From an uncultured Acidobacteriota bacterium (GTDB taxonomy: Bacteria; Acidobacteriota; Blastocatellia; RBC074): a stretch of 64,000 nt of DNA. Positions 48,732 through 59,529 of the stretch are shown one piece after another (positions within the stretch are counted from its first letter, which is position 1; each line of letters begins with the position of its first letter). A program made the position numbers and the translations under genes. The notes under the pieces are model-generated. The model had not been told where the DNA came from and did no database searches. It worked only from the letters and a program-made list of their open reading frames with translations. The stretch is taken from the NCBI GenBank assembly GCA_963796275.1, contig CAWCKY010000006.1, positions 1,664,001-1,728,000 of the forward strand. Reading direction: 5' to 3'.

Positions 48732-51716
48732 ATGAAACGGAAAGACACAGTGACATGGCTAATATTGCTTTTATTTTTCACGTTAACGCTTTACCACAAT
48801 ATTTATGCGCAACTCGGTACATCCGGGGTTAGCGGCGTGGTATTGGACCCGAACGGCGCCGCTTTGGTTAATGCGAACGTGACGATAAAGAACAAGGCGA
48901 CTGGACAAACGAGGGAAACGACGAGCGGAACCGATGGGATATACAAGCTGCAAAACCTCGCACCGGCAGTCTACGAGGTCAGAGTAACAGCTCAGGGTTT
49001 CGCGCCGGCCCATGTCGATAACATTTCGGTTGGCGTCGGCGAGATTCCGACTATCAACGTATCGCTCAAGATCACCGGTACCTCTGAGATTTTGGAGATC
49101 TCGGCAAGCGATGCGATCGGTGTAGACACGACCACATCGCAGGTCTCCAGCTCTATTTCAGACCGCACGTTGGCGAATCTACCGCTCAACGGCCGCAACT
49201 TTCTTGAGCTCGCGTTCCTGCTTCCGGGCAACCGTCCGGCGCCCAATTTCGATCCGACCAAAACTACGACAATCGAGGTTTCATCAGCTGGCCAGCTCGG
49301 GCGCGGTGGCAATCTCGCGGTGGATGGTGCGGACAATAATGATGACGTGGTCGGCGGGACGCTTCAGAACTTCCCGCAAGACGGCGTTCAAGAGTTCCAG
49401 ATTATCACCAATCGCTTCTCCGCGGATATCGGCCGTTCGGCCTCATCGGCGATCAACATCGTGACCAAGGGCGGTTCGAATGGGTTTCATGGCGCGGCAG
49501 GATTCTATTTCAGACACGACGCGCTCTCGGCGCTTCCCGCGACGCTCGATCGCAATGTCGTCAGCACGCTGGGCCGGCCGGATTTCGATCGTGAGCAGTA
49601 CGCCGGATCTCTCGGCGGTCCCATCAAACGCGACAAGGCATGGTTCTTCACGGCGTTTGAGTATCGCAAACAGGATGCCGTGATTCTGACGGGAGTGCGC
49701 GATTTGGCAACGCAGTCGGTATTGAACAGCTTTTCACCTGCGCCGCTGCGCGACACGCTGCTGACTGGACGCGGCGACTGGCAGGTGGCGACAGCGGACC
49801 GCATGGCATTCCGCTACTCGCTGCAGCGTGAAAACGATATCGATCGCGGCAGTCTCGCCCGGCCGATAGGCACGGCCGATAACCGGCAGCGGTCCTTCAA
49901 CAACTATCAGTCGTTTGTCTACAACTGGACGCACACCTTCTCACCGCGCCTGCTCAACGATTTCGTGTTCCACGAAAACAATTTCATCAACCAGATTCCG
50001 ACGTTCGCCGCGGGGATCAATGAGTTACGCTTCTCCACGGTGCAGGATGGCGGTAACTTCCGCATACCGCAGCGGACACGCCAGAATCGGATTCAGTTGC
50101 GCGACAACGTGAGCTGGACGGCCGGAAACCACGCATTCAAATTCGGCGGAGAGTTCCAGAAGCTCGATGCCGATGCGATCTTCGATCTGTATGGATCGGG
50201 CACGATAAATCTCACGCAAAACTTCGCTACACAAGACCGTAACGGCGACGGGCTGATAAATGATTTTGACATTCCGATTGCTAGTACGACCCGCTCGGCT
50301 GCCCCAAGCCGACCGCCGTTTGTCCCTGACCTGGATAACAAATTCTTCGCCTTCTACGTGCAGGATGATTGGAAGGTGCGGCCCAACTTTACGCTCAATC
50401 TCGGGCTGCGCTACGAACTCGACACGAACACGAAGAACATCGCCACTTACAACACGATCAATCCGATCGTGGCTCCTTTCCTGCAAGGTGAACGCGGTAA
50501 GGACAAGAACAATTTCGGCCCGCGCATCGGCTTCAATTGGGATCCGTGGCGGGAGGGGCGCACCTCGATTCGCGGCGGTTATGGCATCTATTATGACCGG
50601 GTCATACTCGAGGTTGGGCTGCTCGAACGCCTGCTCGATGGGCGCACATTACCTCTCGAAGTGCGCACCGGGTCGCTGACCAATGCGGCTGGCATGTTTC
50701 TGCCCGGAACACCGACGCTGCAAAACCCATTCACCGGCACGCCGATCGCAGGTGCGGGCGCTACCGGCATAAATTTAATCGATAACCAGATGGGCACGCC
50801 TTACGTGCAGCAGTTCAACTTCGGCGTACAGCACGAGATCACGCGCGACCTGGTGATCTCGCTGGATGGCATTCACTCATTCGGTTCGAGCTTCATCATC
50901 GGCCGCTCCATCGGCACTGTGCCCAACCCGGTAGTTTTAGGGGTTGAATCGGTCGTCAATATCGAATCATCAGTCAAGACCTGGTACGACGCGCTGCTGG
51001 TCAATGTGCAAAAACGCTATTCCAATCGTTTCAGTTTGAATGCGTCTTACACGTTCGCGAAGTCGCTCAACTATTCGAACGATGATCAGATACCGTTTCA
51101 GGTTGGACCATTGGATCCGGCTCGGATGTTTTTGGAGAAAGGGCCGGTGCCCAATGATGAGCGCCATCGCTTCACCTTCGCCGGAGTTTATGATGCAAAA
51201 TGGGGCATTCAAATCTCGCCGATCTTCACGCTGGCATCGGACGTCCCGTACGACATCGTCATTAATAGGTTCAATCCTAACGACACTAACCCGAACAGGC
51301 AGTCGACCGGTACATCGCGCATTCCGGACCTCCAGCGCGACGCTGCTGGCCGAACATTCCGTACCGGAGCAGAGCTCAACCAGTTTCTTACGCAACTAAA
51401 TGCTGCGGGCGGCGTGGATGGGAGGTCGCTGCCGTTGGTTCAGGATGATCTGAGCTTCGGTGACAGCTTCCAATCTATCGATCTGCGTCTGAGCAAGGCA
51501 TTCAGGATAAGAGAAGGGATGACTATTCAAGGGATCGCCGAGGTATTCAATCTCTTCAACGTAACGAACATTCGCGGCGTGAACAACGTCAACTACTCCG
51601 GTTTCCAAAACAATCTCGATGCGGCGAATTTCGGCTCGCCAATCCAAACGGCAGGCGGAGTATTTGGAACCGGCGGCCCGCGGGCGTTTCAGTTCGCCGC
51701 GCGCTTCCAGTTTTGA
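48732..51716 (+). CDS. TonB-dependent receptor, Oar-like
   Basis: RBS AAGGAG, LPLNGRNF, VDGADN.D, YVQDDWK, C-terminal PRAFQFAARFQF. Confidence 0.93.
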   Translation: MKRKDTVTWLILLLFFTLTLYHNIYAQLGTSGVSGVVLDPNGAALVNANVTIKNKATGQTRETTSGTDGIYKLQNLAPAVYEVRVTAQGFAPAHVDNISVGVGEIPTINVSLKITGTSEILEISASDAIGVDTTTSQVSSSISDRTLANLPLNGRNFLELAFLLPGNRPAPNFDPTKTTTIEVSSAGQLGRGGNLAVDGADNNDDVVGGTLQNFPQDGVQEFQIITNRFSADIGRSASSAINIVTKGGSNGFHGAAGFYFRHDALSALPATLDRNVVSTLGRPDFDREQYAGSLGGPIKRDKAWFFTAFEYRKQDAVILTGVRDLATQSVLNSFSPAPLRDTLLTGRGDWQVATADRMAFRYSLQRENDIDRGSLARPIGTADNRQRSFNNYQSFVYNWTHTFSPRLLNDFVFHENNFINQIPTFAAGINELRFSTVQDGGNFRIPQRTRQNRIQLRDNVSWTAGNHAFKFGGEFQKLDADAIFDLYGSGTINLTQNFATQDRNGDGLINDFDIPIASTTRSAAPSRPPFVPDLDNKFFAFYVQDDWKVRPNFTLNLGLRYELDTNTKNIATYNTINPIVAPFLQGERGKDKNNFGPRIGFNWDPWREGRTSIRGGYGIYYDRVILEVGLLERLLDGRTLPLEVRTGSLTNAAGMFLPGTPTLQNPFTGTPIAGAGATGINLIDNQMGTPYVQQFNFGVQHEITRDLVISLDGIHSFGSSFIIGRSIGTVPNPVVLGVESVVNIESSVKTWYDALLVNVQKRYSNRFSLNASYTFAKSLNYSNDDQIPFQVGPLDPARMFLEKGPVPNDERHRFTFAGVYDAKWGIQISPIFTLASDVPYDIVINRFNPNDTNPNRQSTGTSRIPDLQRDAAGRTFRTGAELNQFLTQLNAAGGVDGRSLPLVQDDLSFGDSFQSIDLRLSKAFRIREGMTIQGIAEVFNLFNVTNIRGVNNVNYSGFQNNLDAANFGSPIQTAGGVFGTGGPRAFQFAARFQF

Positions 51717-51872
51717 TTGAGAAGCTATTGCACAAAAAAACACAAAATAGACAGAAGGCACAACCTTGTGAATTTTGTCTATTTTGTGTTTTGGGTGGTT
51801 AATCTACCATTATCTGAGAGGAGAGCCGAGAGTTTTTAACTGCCCTCCTCATTTTTAAGTTGGAGATAAGTA

Positions 51873-53198
51873 GTGAAACGAACAGTCGGATATCTGTTAG
51901 TAGCGATGTTCATCCTCAAGCCCGTCCTTGCGGAGGACTGGCCCGAATGGCGCGGCAAAGGCCGAAAGGGAATTTGGACCGAGTCCGGCATTCTGGATAA
52001 GTTCCCGGAGGAAGGTTTGACTCCGGTCTGGCGCACTCCGCTGCACGGGGGCTTCGCGGGGCCCGCCGTAGCGGCGGGACGCGTGTTCGTGACTGACTTC
52101 CGACGATCTGCCGGAAAGAAGGGAACTGAGCGCGCCATTTGCCTCGACGAAAAATCGGGCAAGATTATATGGACACGCGAATGGGAAGCAGACTATCAGG
52201 GCATCAGCTACGATAACGGGCCGCGCGCAACGCCGACGGTCGATGGCGACCGCGTCTATATCGTCGGCGGGAGCGGTAAGCTGCTCTGCCTCGACTCGCG
52301 AACGGGAAAGGTGATCTGGCAAAAAGATTACACAAAGGATTACGGGATGCAGATGCCGGCCTGGGGAATAGCTAGTTCGGCTCTGGTCGATGGCGACCGC
52401 TTGATCGCCATCGTCGGCGGCCAGCCGGATGCGAAAGTGATGGCGTTCGACAAAATGACCGGAAAGGAGGTCTGGCGGGCGCTACCCTCAGATTCCGAGC
52501 AGGGCTACTCCCAGCCGATATTGGTCGAGGCCGGAGGTATCCGGCAGTTGATCATCTGGCATCCGGATGCGGTGGTTTCACTAAATCCGGCAACCGGAGC
52601 GATAAACTGGCAGCAGCCGTTCCGCATCAATCTGGGCGTGACGCTGTCGACGCCTGTCGTGAGCGGATCGCGCCTTCTCGTTTCTTCTTTCTATAATGGC
52701 TCGATGCTGATCGATCTCGCTCGAATGAAAGGGAGCGTTATCTGGAAGGGCAAAAGCGCAAGCGAGATCAATACCGACGGCCTCCATACAGTCGTCAACA
52801 CACCGGTCATCGATGGCGACTACATTTACGGAATCTGCAGTTATGGGCAGTTTCGCTGCCTTAACTTGAAGACCGGAGAGCGCGTCTGGGAGACGTTGGA
52901 AGTTACGAAGGAGAAAGCTCGCTGGGCATCCGGATTTATCGTCCGCCACGGGGCAAACGTGGCAAACGTGGCAGGCGACCGTTACTTCATCAACAACGAC
53001 AGGGGCGAACTGATCATCGCGAACTTATCGGCGAAGGGCTATCAGGAGATCAGCCGGACCCAACTGATCAAGCCTACTACAAACCCCGGAAACCGCCGCG
53101 CCCTCGGCGTAGTGAACTGGTCGCATCCGGCATATGCGAACCGCCACATAATCGCGCGTAACGATGAAGAGATCATTTCTGTGTCGCTTAAGAAGTGA
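51873..53198 (+). CDS. PQQ-like/BamB-like beta-propeller repeat protein, secreted
   Basis: EDWPEWRG, GPRATP, GYSQP, WSHPAYAN. Confidence 0.88.
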   Translation: MKRTVGYLLVAMFILKPVLAEDWPEWRGKGRKGIWTESGILDKFPEEGLTPVWRTPLHGGFAGPAVAAGRVFVTDFRRSAGKKGTERAICLDEKSGKIIWTREWEADYQGISYDNGPRATPTVDGDRVYIVGGSGKLLCLDSRTGKVIWQKDYTKDYGMQMPAWGIASSALVDGDRLIAIVGGQPDAKVMAFDKMTGKEVWRALPSDSEQGYSQPILVEAGGIRQLIIWHPDAVVSLNPATGAINWQQPFRINLGVTLSTPVVSGSRLLVSSFYNGSMLIDLARMKGSVIWKGKSASEINTDGLHTVVNTPVIDGDYIYGICSYGQFRCLNLKTGERVWETLEVTKEKARWASGFIVRHGANVANVAGDRYFINNDRGELIIANLSAKGYQEISRTQLIKPTTNPGNRRALGVVNWSHPAYANRHIIARNDEEIISVSLKK

Positions 53199-53295
53199 AG
53201 AACCACGTATTCTCTCGGATGCGATGGATTTTCACGGATTTATATTAAGCAGGTGGGGTGGAATTAAAGTTTAACAGAATCGACGGTCTGGCAGC

Positions 53296-53453
53296 TCAGC
53301 GCCGGAGGCGAGCAATGTCTATAGTTCACGGACCTGATCGTAAACCCAAGCTCCGGAAGGAGCGAAATGTGACTGCGGCCCACATTTCGCTCCTTCCGGA
53401 GCTTGCGAGATTTGGGTGATCGAATACTATAAACATCAGGCTCCTCCGGAGCC
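53296..53453. repeat. Nested REP-like element with perfect 24-bp inverted repeat
   Basis: aagctccggaaggagcgaaatgtg (53348-53371) / cacatttcgctccttccggagctt (53381-53404), flanked by a degenerate outer pair; lies between convergent genes. Confidence 0.8.
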
Positions 53454-53608
53454 AATCAGAACTGCAATCAGGACTACCGTTAGAACTGCGATCAGAACTG
53501 ATTGATAACAAACAGCTTTAATTTGCACCCTTCATTTACATCCGCGTCAATCAGTCTCACCCAATCAGCCGCATCCGCGAAATCCTAGGTTCATTTGTCT
53601 CCTAAGAT

Positions 53609-56600
53609 TTAGAAAGTCAATTTAAACGCGATCTGCCAGTTCCGCGCCTCGCCGCTCGTGGAGGTGACTCTACCGAACGCCGTATTGTTCGGGTCGGTGT
53701 TTGGCGTGTTGAAATTTACATTGTTCCAGGCATTGAAGACATCAGTGCGGAGCTGCATCTTCAAGCCCTCACGGATCACCCAGCTCTTGGCCAATGAAAA
53801 ATCCCAGCGAGTTTGGTCGTCGCCGCGGATGCCGCTGAACCGCAGCGGTAGGGTGCGAATATTATTGGACAATTGCTGCGTGCTATCGGTGTTGAACCCT
53901 GCACCCACGTTGAACCAGCGTTCGGCCGTCCGCTCATCCGAGGGCAATGCGATGTTCTTGATATCGCCGTTAAAGATCCGGTTGCCGAATCCGAGCGGCG
54001 CCCCGGTCTGCTGCCCGATCACGCCGCTGATCTGCCAATTGCCCGCGATGAAGTTAGCGATGGCGGGTAGATTGTTGCCGAACTTTTTACCTTTGCCGAT
54101 GGGAAGCTCCCAGATGCCGCTAACCGTGACGCGGTGAGTGCGATCGAAAGCGCCAATCGATTCATACGGCATCGGATCGGTCGGATTGAGAAACTCCACC
54201 CCTTCCATCAACTTCGACCACGACCAGCCCAACAAGAATGTGTATCCTTTTGAGAAACGCTTCTCGATGCGGCTCTGCATCGACTGATACCAGGAATATC
54301 CGATCGATTCTTCGACCAGGATGTCACCGAATTGCGGATAGGGTCTGAGCAGGTTGGCGCGCGTGATATTGGCGCCGAAGATCGGGTCGAGCCCGGCGAA
54401 CGGGCTCCGGAACGACTGCGAAAGGAAACTGACCGTCTCCTGATCGCGCACGGGCTTCGTGCTCAGGTAGCGCGCCGGTGTGGCGTTGTAGTTGCGGGTA
54501 ACGGGGATGCGCGTGCCGCGATTGCCGGTATACGATACCTCAGCCAGGAAGCCGAGCGGCAATTCGCGTTGAACGCCGAGCGACCAGCGTTGCGCATACG
54601 GATGCTTCATATTCGGATCGAAGAAATTGATGGACTGACCGATATTGTTGAGAAATCCCCCAGCCGGGCCCAGCGGCGAAAGCAGGCCGTTCGGCAGGGG
54701 GTTGGCGAGCGTAGCAATGTACGTCAATCCGTTATCGAGCGAAGCCTGGATCGGCGTGTTCTGCGAAAAACCCGTCTGAATGGGCGCAGTCGTGTTCACG
54801 CCGAGGGTGTCGAAGAAGATGCCGTATCCCGTGCGCAGCACCGTCTTTTCGTTGATCTGCCATGCGAGACCGATGCGCGGCAGAACGTTGTTTTTCTCGC
54901 CTCTGAACGGACTGCGGCCATTCCCGCCCTGGTTCAAGAATGTCAGTCCGCCGCGCACGCGGAATTGATCCACCGGCAATCCAGGCATCGGGTTATTGGC
55001 GTAGTTGGCTCTCGCCGCCGCTTCGAGCGGGCTTGATTCGTCGAAATCGAATCCGGCGACTAGACGATCGTAGCGTTCGGTGAAGGGCGTTTCGAGTTCG
55101 TAGCGCAAGCCCAGGTTGAGGGTGACTTTCGACGAGAGCTTGAAATCGTCATGGAGGTAGAGCGCGAAGTATCTGTCCTGTGTCGCATAGTTGGCGCTCT
55201 GCGCCATTGTGCCGGCGGGAACGCCCAACAGCATCGCCGCCAGTTCCTGCCCGATCGGGGCGGCGGGCGAATTGTCCAGAGGCCCGCGCGTAAAGGAGTT
55301 GTTAAAACTAAGATCGGGAGCGGTAGATAGCTGGAAGCGGTTGCCGAACGCGCGGTAGACGCGGAATTCATTTCCGAACTTCAGATTGTGCCGGCCCTCC
55401 AGCCTGGTCATTCCAGCCGATAAGCTGTGAACCATACTGGTATTCGTCCCGTCACCGCTCTCCCAGCGCGCGATGGTTGAATACTCGGGAATCGTCACGC
55501 GAGGCAGCGTGGCAAGATCCGTTTCAAAGACCTGGGCTGCCAGTAGAGGTGAAAACCCGAGAGACGTGAGGTCGAACCCGCGACTGGCGCGCCGTTCCGG
55601 GAATTCCTGATAGGTCAGGCCGTAACGAACATTCAAAACCATCTTCGAATTGATGACGTATACGTCGTCCAGCGCGATCCCTTGATTGATGCGGTTGAGA
55701 AAGAGCGCATTATTGCGATTGAGGAAATCATCGTTCTTGTCTTCCTCCCACCAATCGTAATGGAAGCGCGCGAACATGCGATGCTTTTCGTTGAACGCGT
55801 GATCGACCCGGGCGAAATGCACATAGTAGTCTTCGAGCGCTTTCGGCGTGGAGAAGAAGTTGTTTCGCCCGTCAGGCGTTCCCTGGCGATTGGGCAATGG
55901 GAAGAGATTGATGATATTCAGCGCGACAGGATCGAGTTCACCCGGGAGAATCTTGTTGCCGGGGATAGGAGCACGCATGAATCGCCCGGTGCCGGTCGCC
56001 ATAGTTGTCTTCGGGTAATAGATTTGATACCGCGAGCCGAGCGCGAGCAGTTCCGAGAAATCGCCTTGCCGCTGTTTTATGGTCGGCACGGTGCCGGTAA
56101 ATGGAGTCGGAACGCCCCACTTGTTGCCTTCATAGGCATAGTAGAAGAATGTTTTGTTCCTGCCGTGGTAGAGCTTCGGTATGATGATTGGGCCGCCGAT
56201 CGAGGCTCCATAGCGGTGATCCTGATAGGCGGGCACCCGCTCGTCGTTCAGATTGTTGAAGAAGTTCGGCGCATCAAAACCCGCATTACGCTCCCACAGG
56301 TGGACTTCACCGTGAAAAGCATTCTCGCCGCTGGCCGTGCTCAGATTGGTCAGCGCTCCGATGGTGTGGCCGACGCTCGCGTCGTATGGCGAGGTCTGAA
56401 TCTTGAACTCGCGCACGGCGTAAACCGGCGGGCTGAAGGCGACCCGCGCATGATTGCCGGCCGAGAAAGTATTGGGCACTCCGTCGATCGTGAATTCATT
56501 GTTGTATTGCCCGTTCCCGGCGGTACCGATTTGCGAAGAGGCATTGGTAGAGGCGGCTTTGCGCAATCGCATATCGGTGGCATTGACCACCCCGGGCGCG

Positions 56601-57106
56601 AGCAGAGCCATCTCTGTCGGATTACCTGCAAAGAGTGGCAGTTCCTGCACGCGCCGCTGGTCGATCACCTGGCCGAGCGACGATGTGGCCGTATCGAGCA
56701 GCGGTGTTTCGGATTTGATCTCAACCGTCTCCGAGACGTTACCGATCTCCAACTGCATGTTCAATTCGACCGTTTCACTGACGCGCACCTCCACGCTATT
56801 GCGGATGAACTTCTTGAATCCGGCGAGTTCAGCCTCAACCCGGTACGTGCCGGGAATCAGGAAAGGGATATTGAAGTTTCCCGCTTCATTGGTCGTAGCC
56901 GTGGCCGTCACGTTTGTGGCGGTGTTGACCGCCCTGACCTCGACCGGCGTTATCACCTCGCCGGAGGCATCGGTGATGCGGCCGATAATTGTGCCGCGAG
57001 ATTCTTGAGCGAAAGCCCCGGTTATGCTGGCGAACGATATGAACGCGGCAACCAGATAGGGCAGGGAATAAGTGAAGGAATAAACTCCTGTGCCTCTGTT
57101 CTTCAT
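53609..57106 (-). CDS. TonB-dependent receptor, Oar-like
   Basis: AQESRGTI.G, ELPLFAGNP, EFKIQT, LHDDFK..LNLGLRYE, C-terminal ARNWQIAFKLTF. Confidence 0.93.
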   Translation of the reverse strand: MKNRGTGVYSFTYSLPYLVAAFISFASITGAFAQESRGTIIGRITDASGEVITPVEVRAVNTATNVTATATTNEAGNFNIPFLIPGTYRVEAELAGFKKFIRNSVEVRVSETVELNMQLEIGNVSETVEIKSETPLLDTATSSLGQVIDQRRVQELPLFAGNPTEMALLAPGVVNATDMRLRKAASTNASSQIGTAGNGQYNNEFTIDGVPNTFSAGNHARVAFSPPVYAVREFKIQTSPYDASVGHTIGALTNLSTASGENAFHGEVHLWERNAGFDAPNFFNNLNDERVPAYQDHRYGASIGGPIIIPKLYHGRNKTFFYYAYEGNKWGVPTPFTGTVPTIKQRQGDFSELLALGSRYQIYYPKTTMATGTGRFMRAPIPGNKILPGELDPVALNIINLFPLPNRQGTPDGRNNFFSTPKALEDYYVHFARVDHAFNEKHRMFARFHYDWWEEDKNDDFLNRNNALFLNRINQGIALDDVYVINSKMVLNVRYGLTYQEFPERRASRGFDLTSLGFSPLLAAQVFETDLATLPRVTIPEYSTIARWESGDGTNTSMVHSLSAGMTRLEGRHNLKFGNEFRVYRAFGNRFQLSTAPDLSFNNSFTRGPLDNSPAAPIGQELAAMLLGVPAGTMAQSANYATQDRYFALYLHDDFKLSSKVTLNLGLRYELETPFTERYDRLVAGFDFDESSPLEAAARANYANNPMPGLPVDQFRVRGGLTFLNQGGNGRSPFRGEKNNVLPRIGLAWQINEKTVLRTGYGIFFDTLGVNTTAPIQTGFSQNTPIQASLDNGLTYIATLANPLPNGLLSPLGPAGGFLNNIGQSINFFDPNMKHPYAQRWSLGVQRELPLGFLAEVSYTGNRGTRIPVTRNYNATPARYLSTKPVRDQETVSFLSQSFRSPFAGLDPIFGANITRANLLRPYPQFGDILVEESIGYSWYQSMQSRIEKRFSKGYTFLLGWSWSKLMEGVEFLNPTDPMPYESIGAFDRTHRVTVSGIWELPIGKGKKFGNNLPAIANFIAGNWQISGVIGQQTGAPLGFGNRIFNGDIKNIALPSDERTAERWFNVGAGFNTDSTQQLSNNIRTLPLRFSGIRGDDQTRWDFSLAKSWVIREGLKMQLRTDVFNAWNNVNFNTPNTDPNNTAFGRVTSTSGEARNWQIAFKLTF

Positions 57107-57119
57107 GAAATCCCCGCGG

Positions 57120-57194
57120 AAAATAGTTTTTAGTTTTCAGTTTTCAGCTGCCGATCGACCATCCAACTGAAAACTAAAAACTGAAAACTATTTT
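57120..57194. repeat. Heptamer-repeat palindrome (AAAACTR family), inverted copy of 17415-17504
   Basis: aaaatagtttttagttttcagttttcag-ctgccgatcgaccatccaa-ctgaaaactaaaaactgaaaactatttt. Confidence 0.85.
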
Positions 57195-57201
57195 CCTTGT
57201 T

Positions 57202-59176
57202 TCAGTACGTTTTCGATTTCACCACAGTGAGCTTGATCTCTGACGGATACTGCCTGGAGTGATGGACGGCGTTGTGCGCGACGACGCCTTTTGATTCGTC
57301 GTAATTCTTCCCGCCCGTGTTCAGGTTCCGATCGAAGCGCGGGAAGTTGCTGCTCGACACTTCAATCCGAATGCGATGGCCCGCCTCGAAATAATTGCTC
57401 GTCGTCATCGGCTGCAGCGTCACCTTATACACCTTGCCCGACTCCATCCACGGCTTGCGGCTTATCGTACCCGTTCCGATACCTCATCCGCTGGATCGTT
57501 TCGTCCAGGTTGTAAGCCCGTCCGTCCGGATAAACGTCGATCAGCTTCACGGTGAAGTCGGTGTCCTTTGCATCCGACGATACATAGAGCGTCACTTCGA
57601 TCGGGCCGCTCACTTCGATCCCTTCTTTCAAAGGCTCGGTGCTGTAAACCAGAATGTCGGGCCGCGCCTCCATCTTGCGCTGGTCGAAAGCGCCGCCCGC
57701 CACCGCGTTTCCGGTGCAGCAGACATTTCCGCCGTAGTGACGGCACCGGATTCATCGGGTCGTAGTCGAACCTATCCGGGTTATCGTTGGCGGGCGCCGC
57801 TTCGATGAGCACACCGTCGCCGTTAAGCGTGTTTGCCTTGCCGCCGCTCGACAAGGAAAAAGCTCATCGGCTGCGCGCCTCGCGGCGGCCACGTCTCCGA
57901 CGTCTGCCACTTGTTGATCCCCATCGTGTAGTAGCGCACCTTCGGCATCTTCTCGAGAATGCCGTTCTGCTCTCGCCTTTGAGGAAGTGATCGAACCAGC
58001 GCATAAGTCAGCTCGTCATAGTTCAGACGCGCGTCTCCCACGCTGCGCTCGCCGACGATCGTATTTTCAGTGGCGCGTTTGTAGGCGCAGTGGAGCGTCG
58101 GCGCGATCACCGCGTACTGCTGGTTGGCGATCTCCGGCTTGGCGGTCTTTCGCACGTGATTGTAAGCGGCCAGGTTTGGCCCAACCGACACGTCGTACCA
58201 GGACATGAACCAGAATCCCGGAATGTTGATCTTCATGTTGTCGTGCCACAATCCGCCCTTGTACCACGCCGGATCGTTCGGCGCGCGCTTGATCATCGCG
58301 CCGCCCGTGTCTACCGGCATGTGATCGGCGAAGATGCCGTGTGGCCCATCGACAGCTTTCATGATGTCCATGACCGGAAGATGGCGCAGCGCCTTCGACC
58401 AATCTACCGGCGGCAACTGCTGCGCCAGATCGAACGACTTTCGACGCGCGAATCAAATCCTCCTGCGACGTGTTCGGCGGAAACATCGGACGCACCTGAT
58501 TCTGCTGTCCGTAGAGCCAGGCGATGAACAGCATCTGGACCGCGCCGCCGCGATACCAGTTTCCCTGTTCGTAATAAGGACCGACGCGTCCCACGCCGGC
58601 GCCGAATCCCTGCGGGATCATCGCGGTAAACGCCGGATTACCCTGCGCCGCGACCGCCAACTGCCATTCGGCGGTCGAGGAGCATCCGATCGTGCCGACC
58701 TTGCCGTTCGACCAGGGTTGTTTGGAGATCCACGTGAACGCGTCATCGCCGTCAGTGAGCGGCGGGCCCAAGAATGTCGTAGTTCCCTTCGGAGAAGAAG
58801 CGACCGCGTTCGTTCATCTCGACGAAGGCGTAGCCGCGCTTGACCGCCTCGAGCTCATTGCGTCATGTCGCGCGGCGCGCCATTGCGGACGTCCCAGAAA
58901 TTGAAGTTGTATGGCGTGCGAACGAAGATCGTGGGGTATTTCTTCGACGGTGTCTTTCGGGCGATAGACGTCCGTCGCCATGCGCTTGCCGTCGCGCATC
59001 GGAATCATGAGCTTGCGTTCGACGATCGCGATCGACTGCAGCTCTTTCTCGATCGAGTTTCTCCGTGCGATCAACTCCGGGTTCGCGTCGCCCCGCCTCT
59101 GTCCGGAGGCGATTTGCAGGGCAACGATAAATCCAGCCCCGGCAAGTAGTAGAGTGAAGAAAAACTTTTTTCGCAT
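57202..59176 (-). CDS. CocE/NonD family serine hydrolase broken by about 9 insertion frameshifts (sequencing error or pseudogene)
   Basis: Stitched frames give [78 protein letters not shown]. Confidence 0.85.
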
Positions 59177-59529
59177 TTTAAGGTTGCTCCTCAGGAAAGC
59201 GTCGGCTTTGCATCGCTTCCGGCGTGCAGGTTTTTCGCAACCGGTACTTCGTCGAGGCAAGCAAGCGGGAAGCGCTGCGTACCCCGGCAGTCCTTGTTTC
59301 AGTGCGTCGCAGTGCGACTTGTCTGACTCCCCTGGAAAAACGCAAGAATCACGTCGGGTTCGAAAATTGTGAGTTTGCCATCGGGTTTTTATCCCAAGGT
59401 CGGTGAGTATGCAAGCGAATTCGCTAAAAGAGATGGTTACGGGCGACCACTGAAATCAAAAAACACGAAAGGCGACAAAAGAACGCAATCGTTTTGCCGC
59501 CTTTATCTTTCTGCCTTTTACTGAAAGGG

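Noticed and set aside
53454-53501. 12-bp tandem repeats (atcagaactgca-like) as an operator
   Set aside because: Lies between convergent gene ends with no promoter to regulate; likely repeat-element debris
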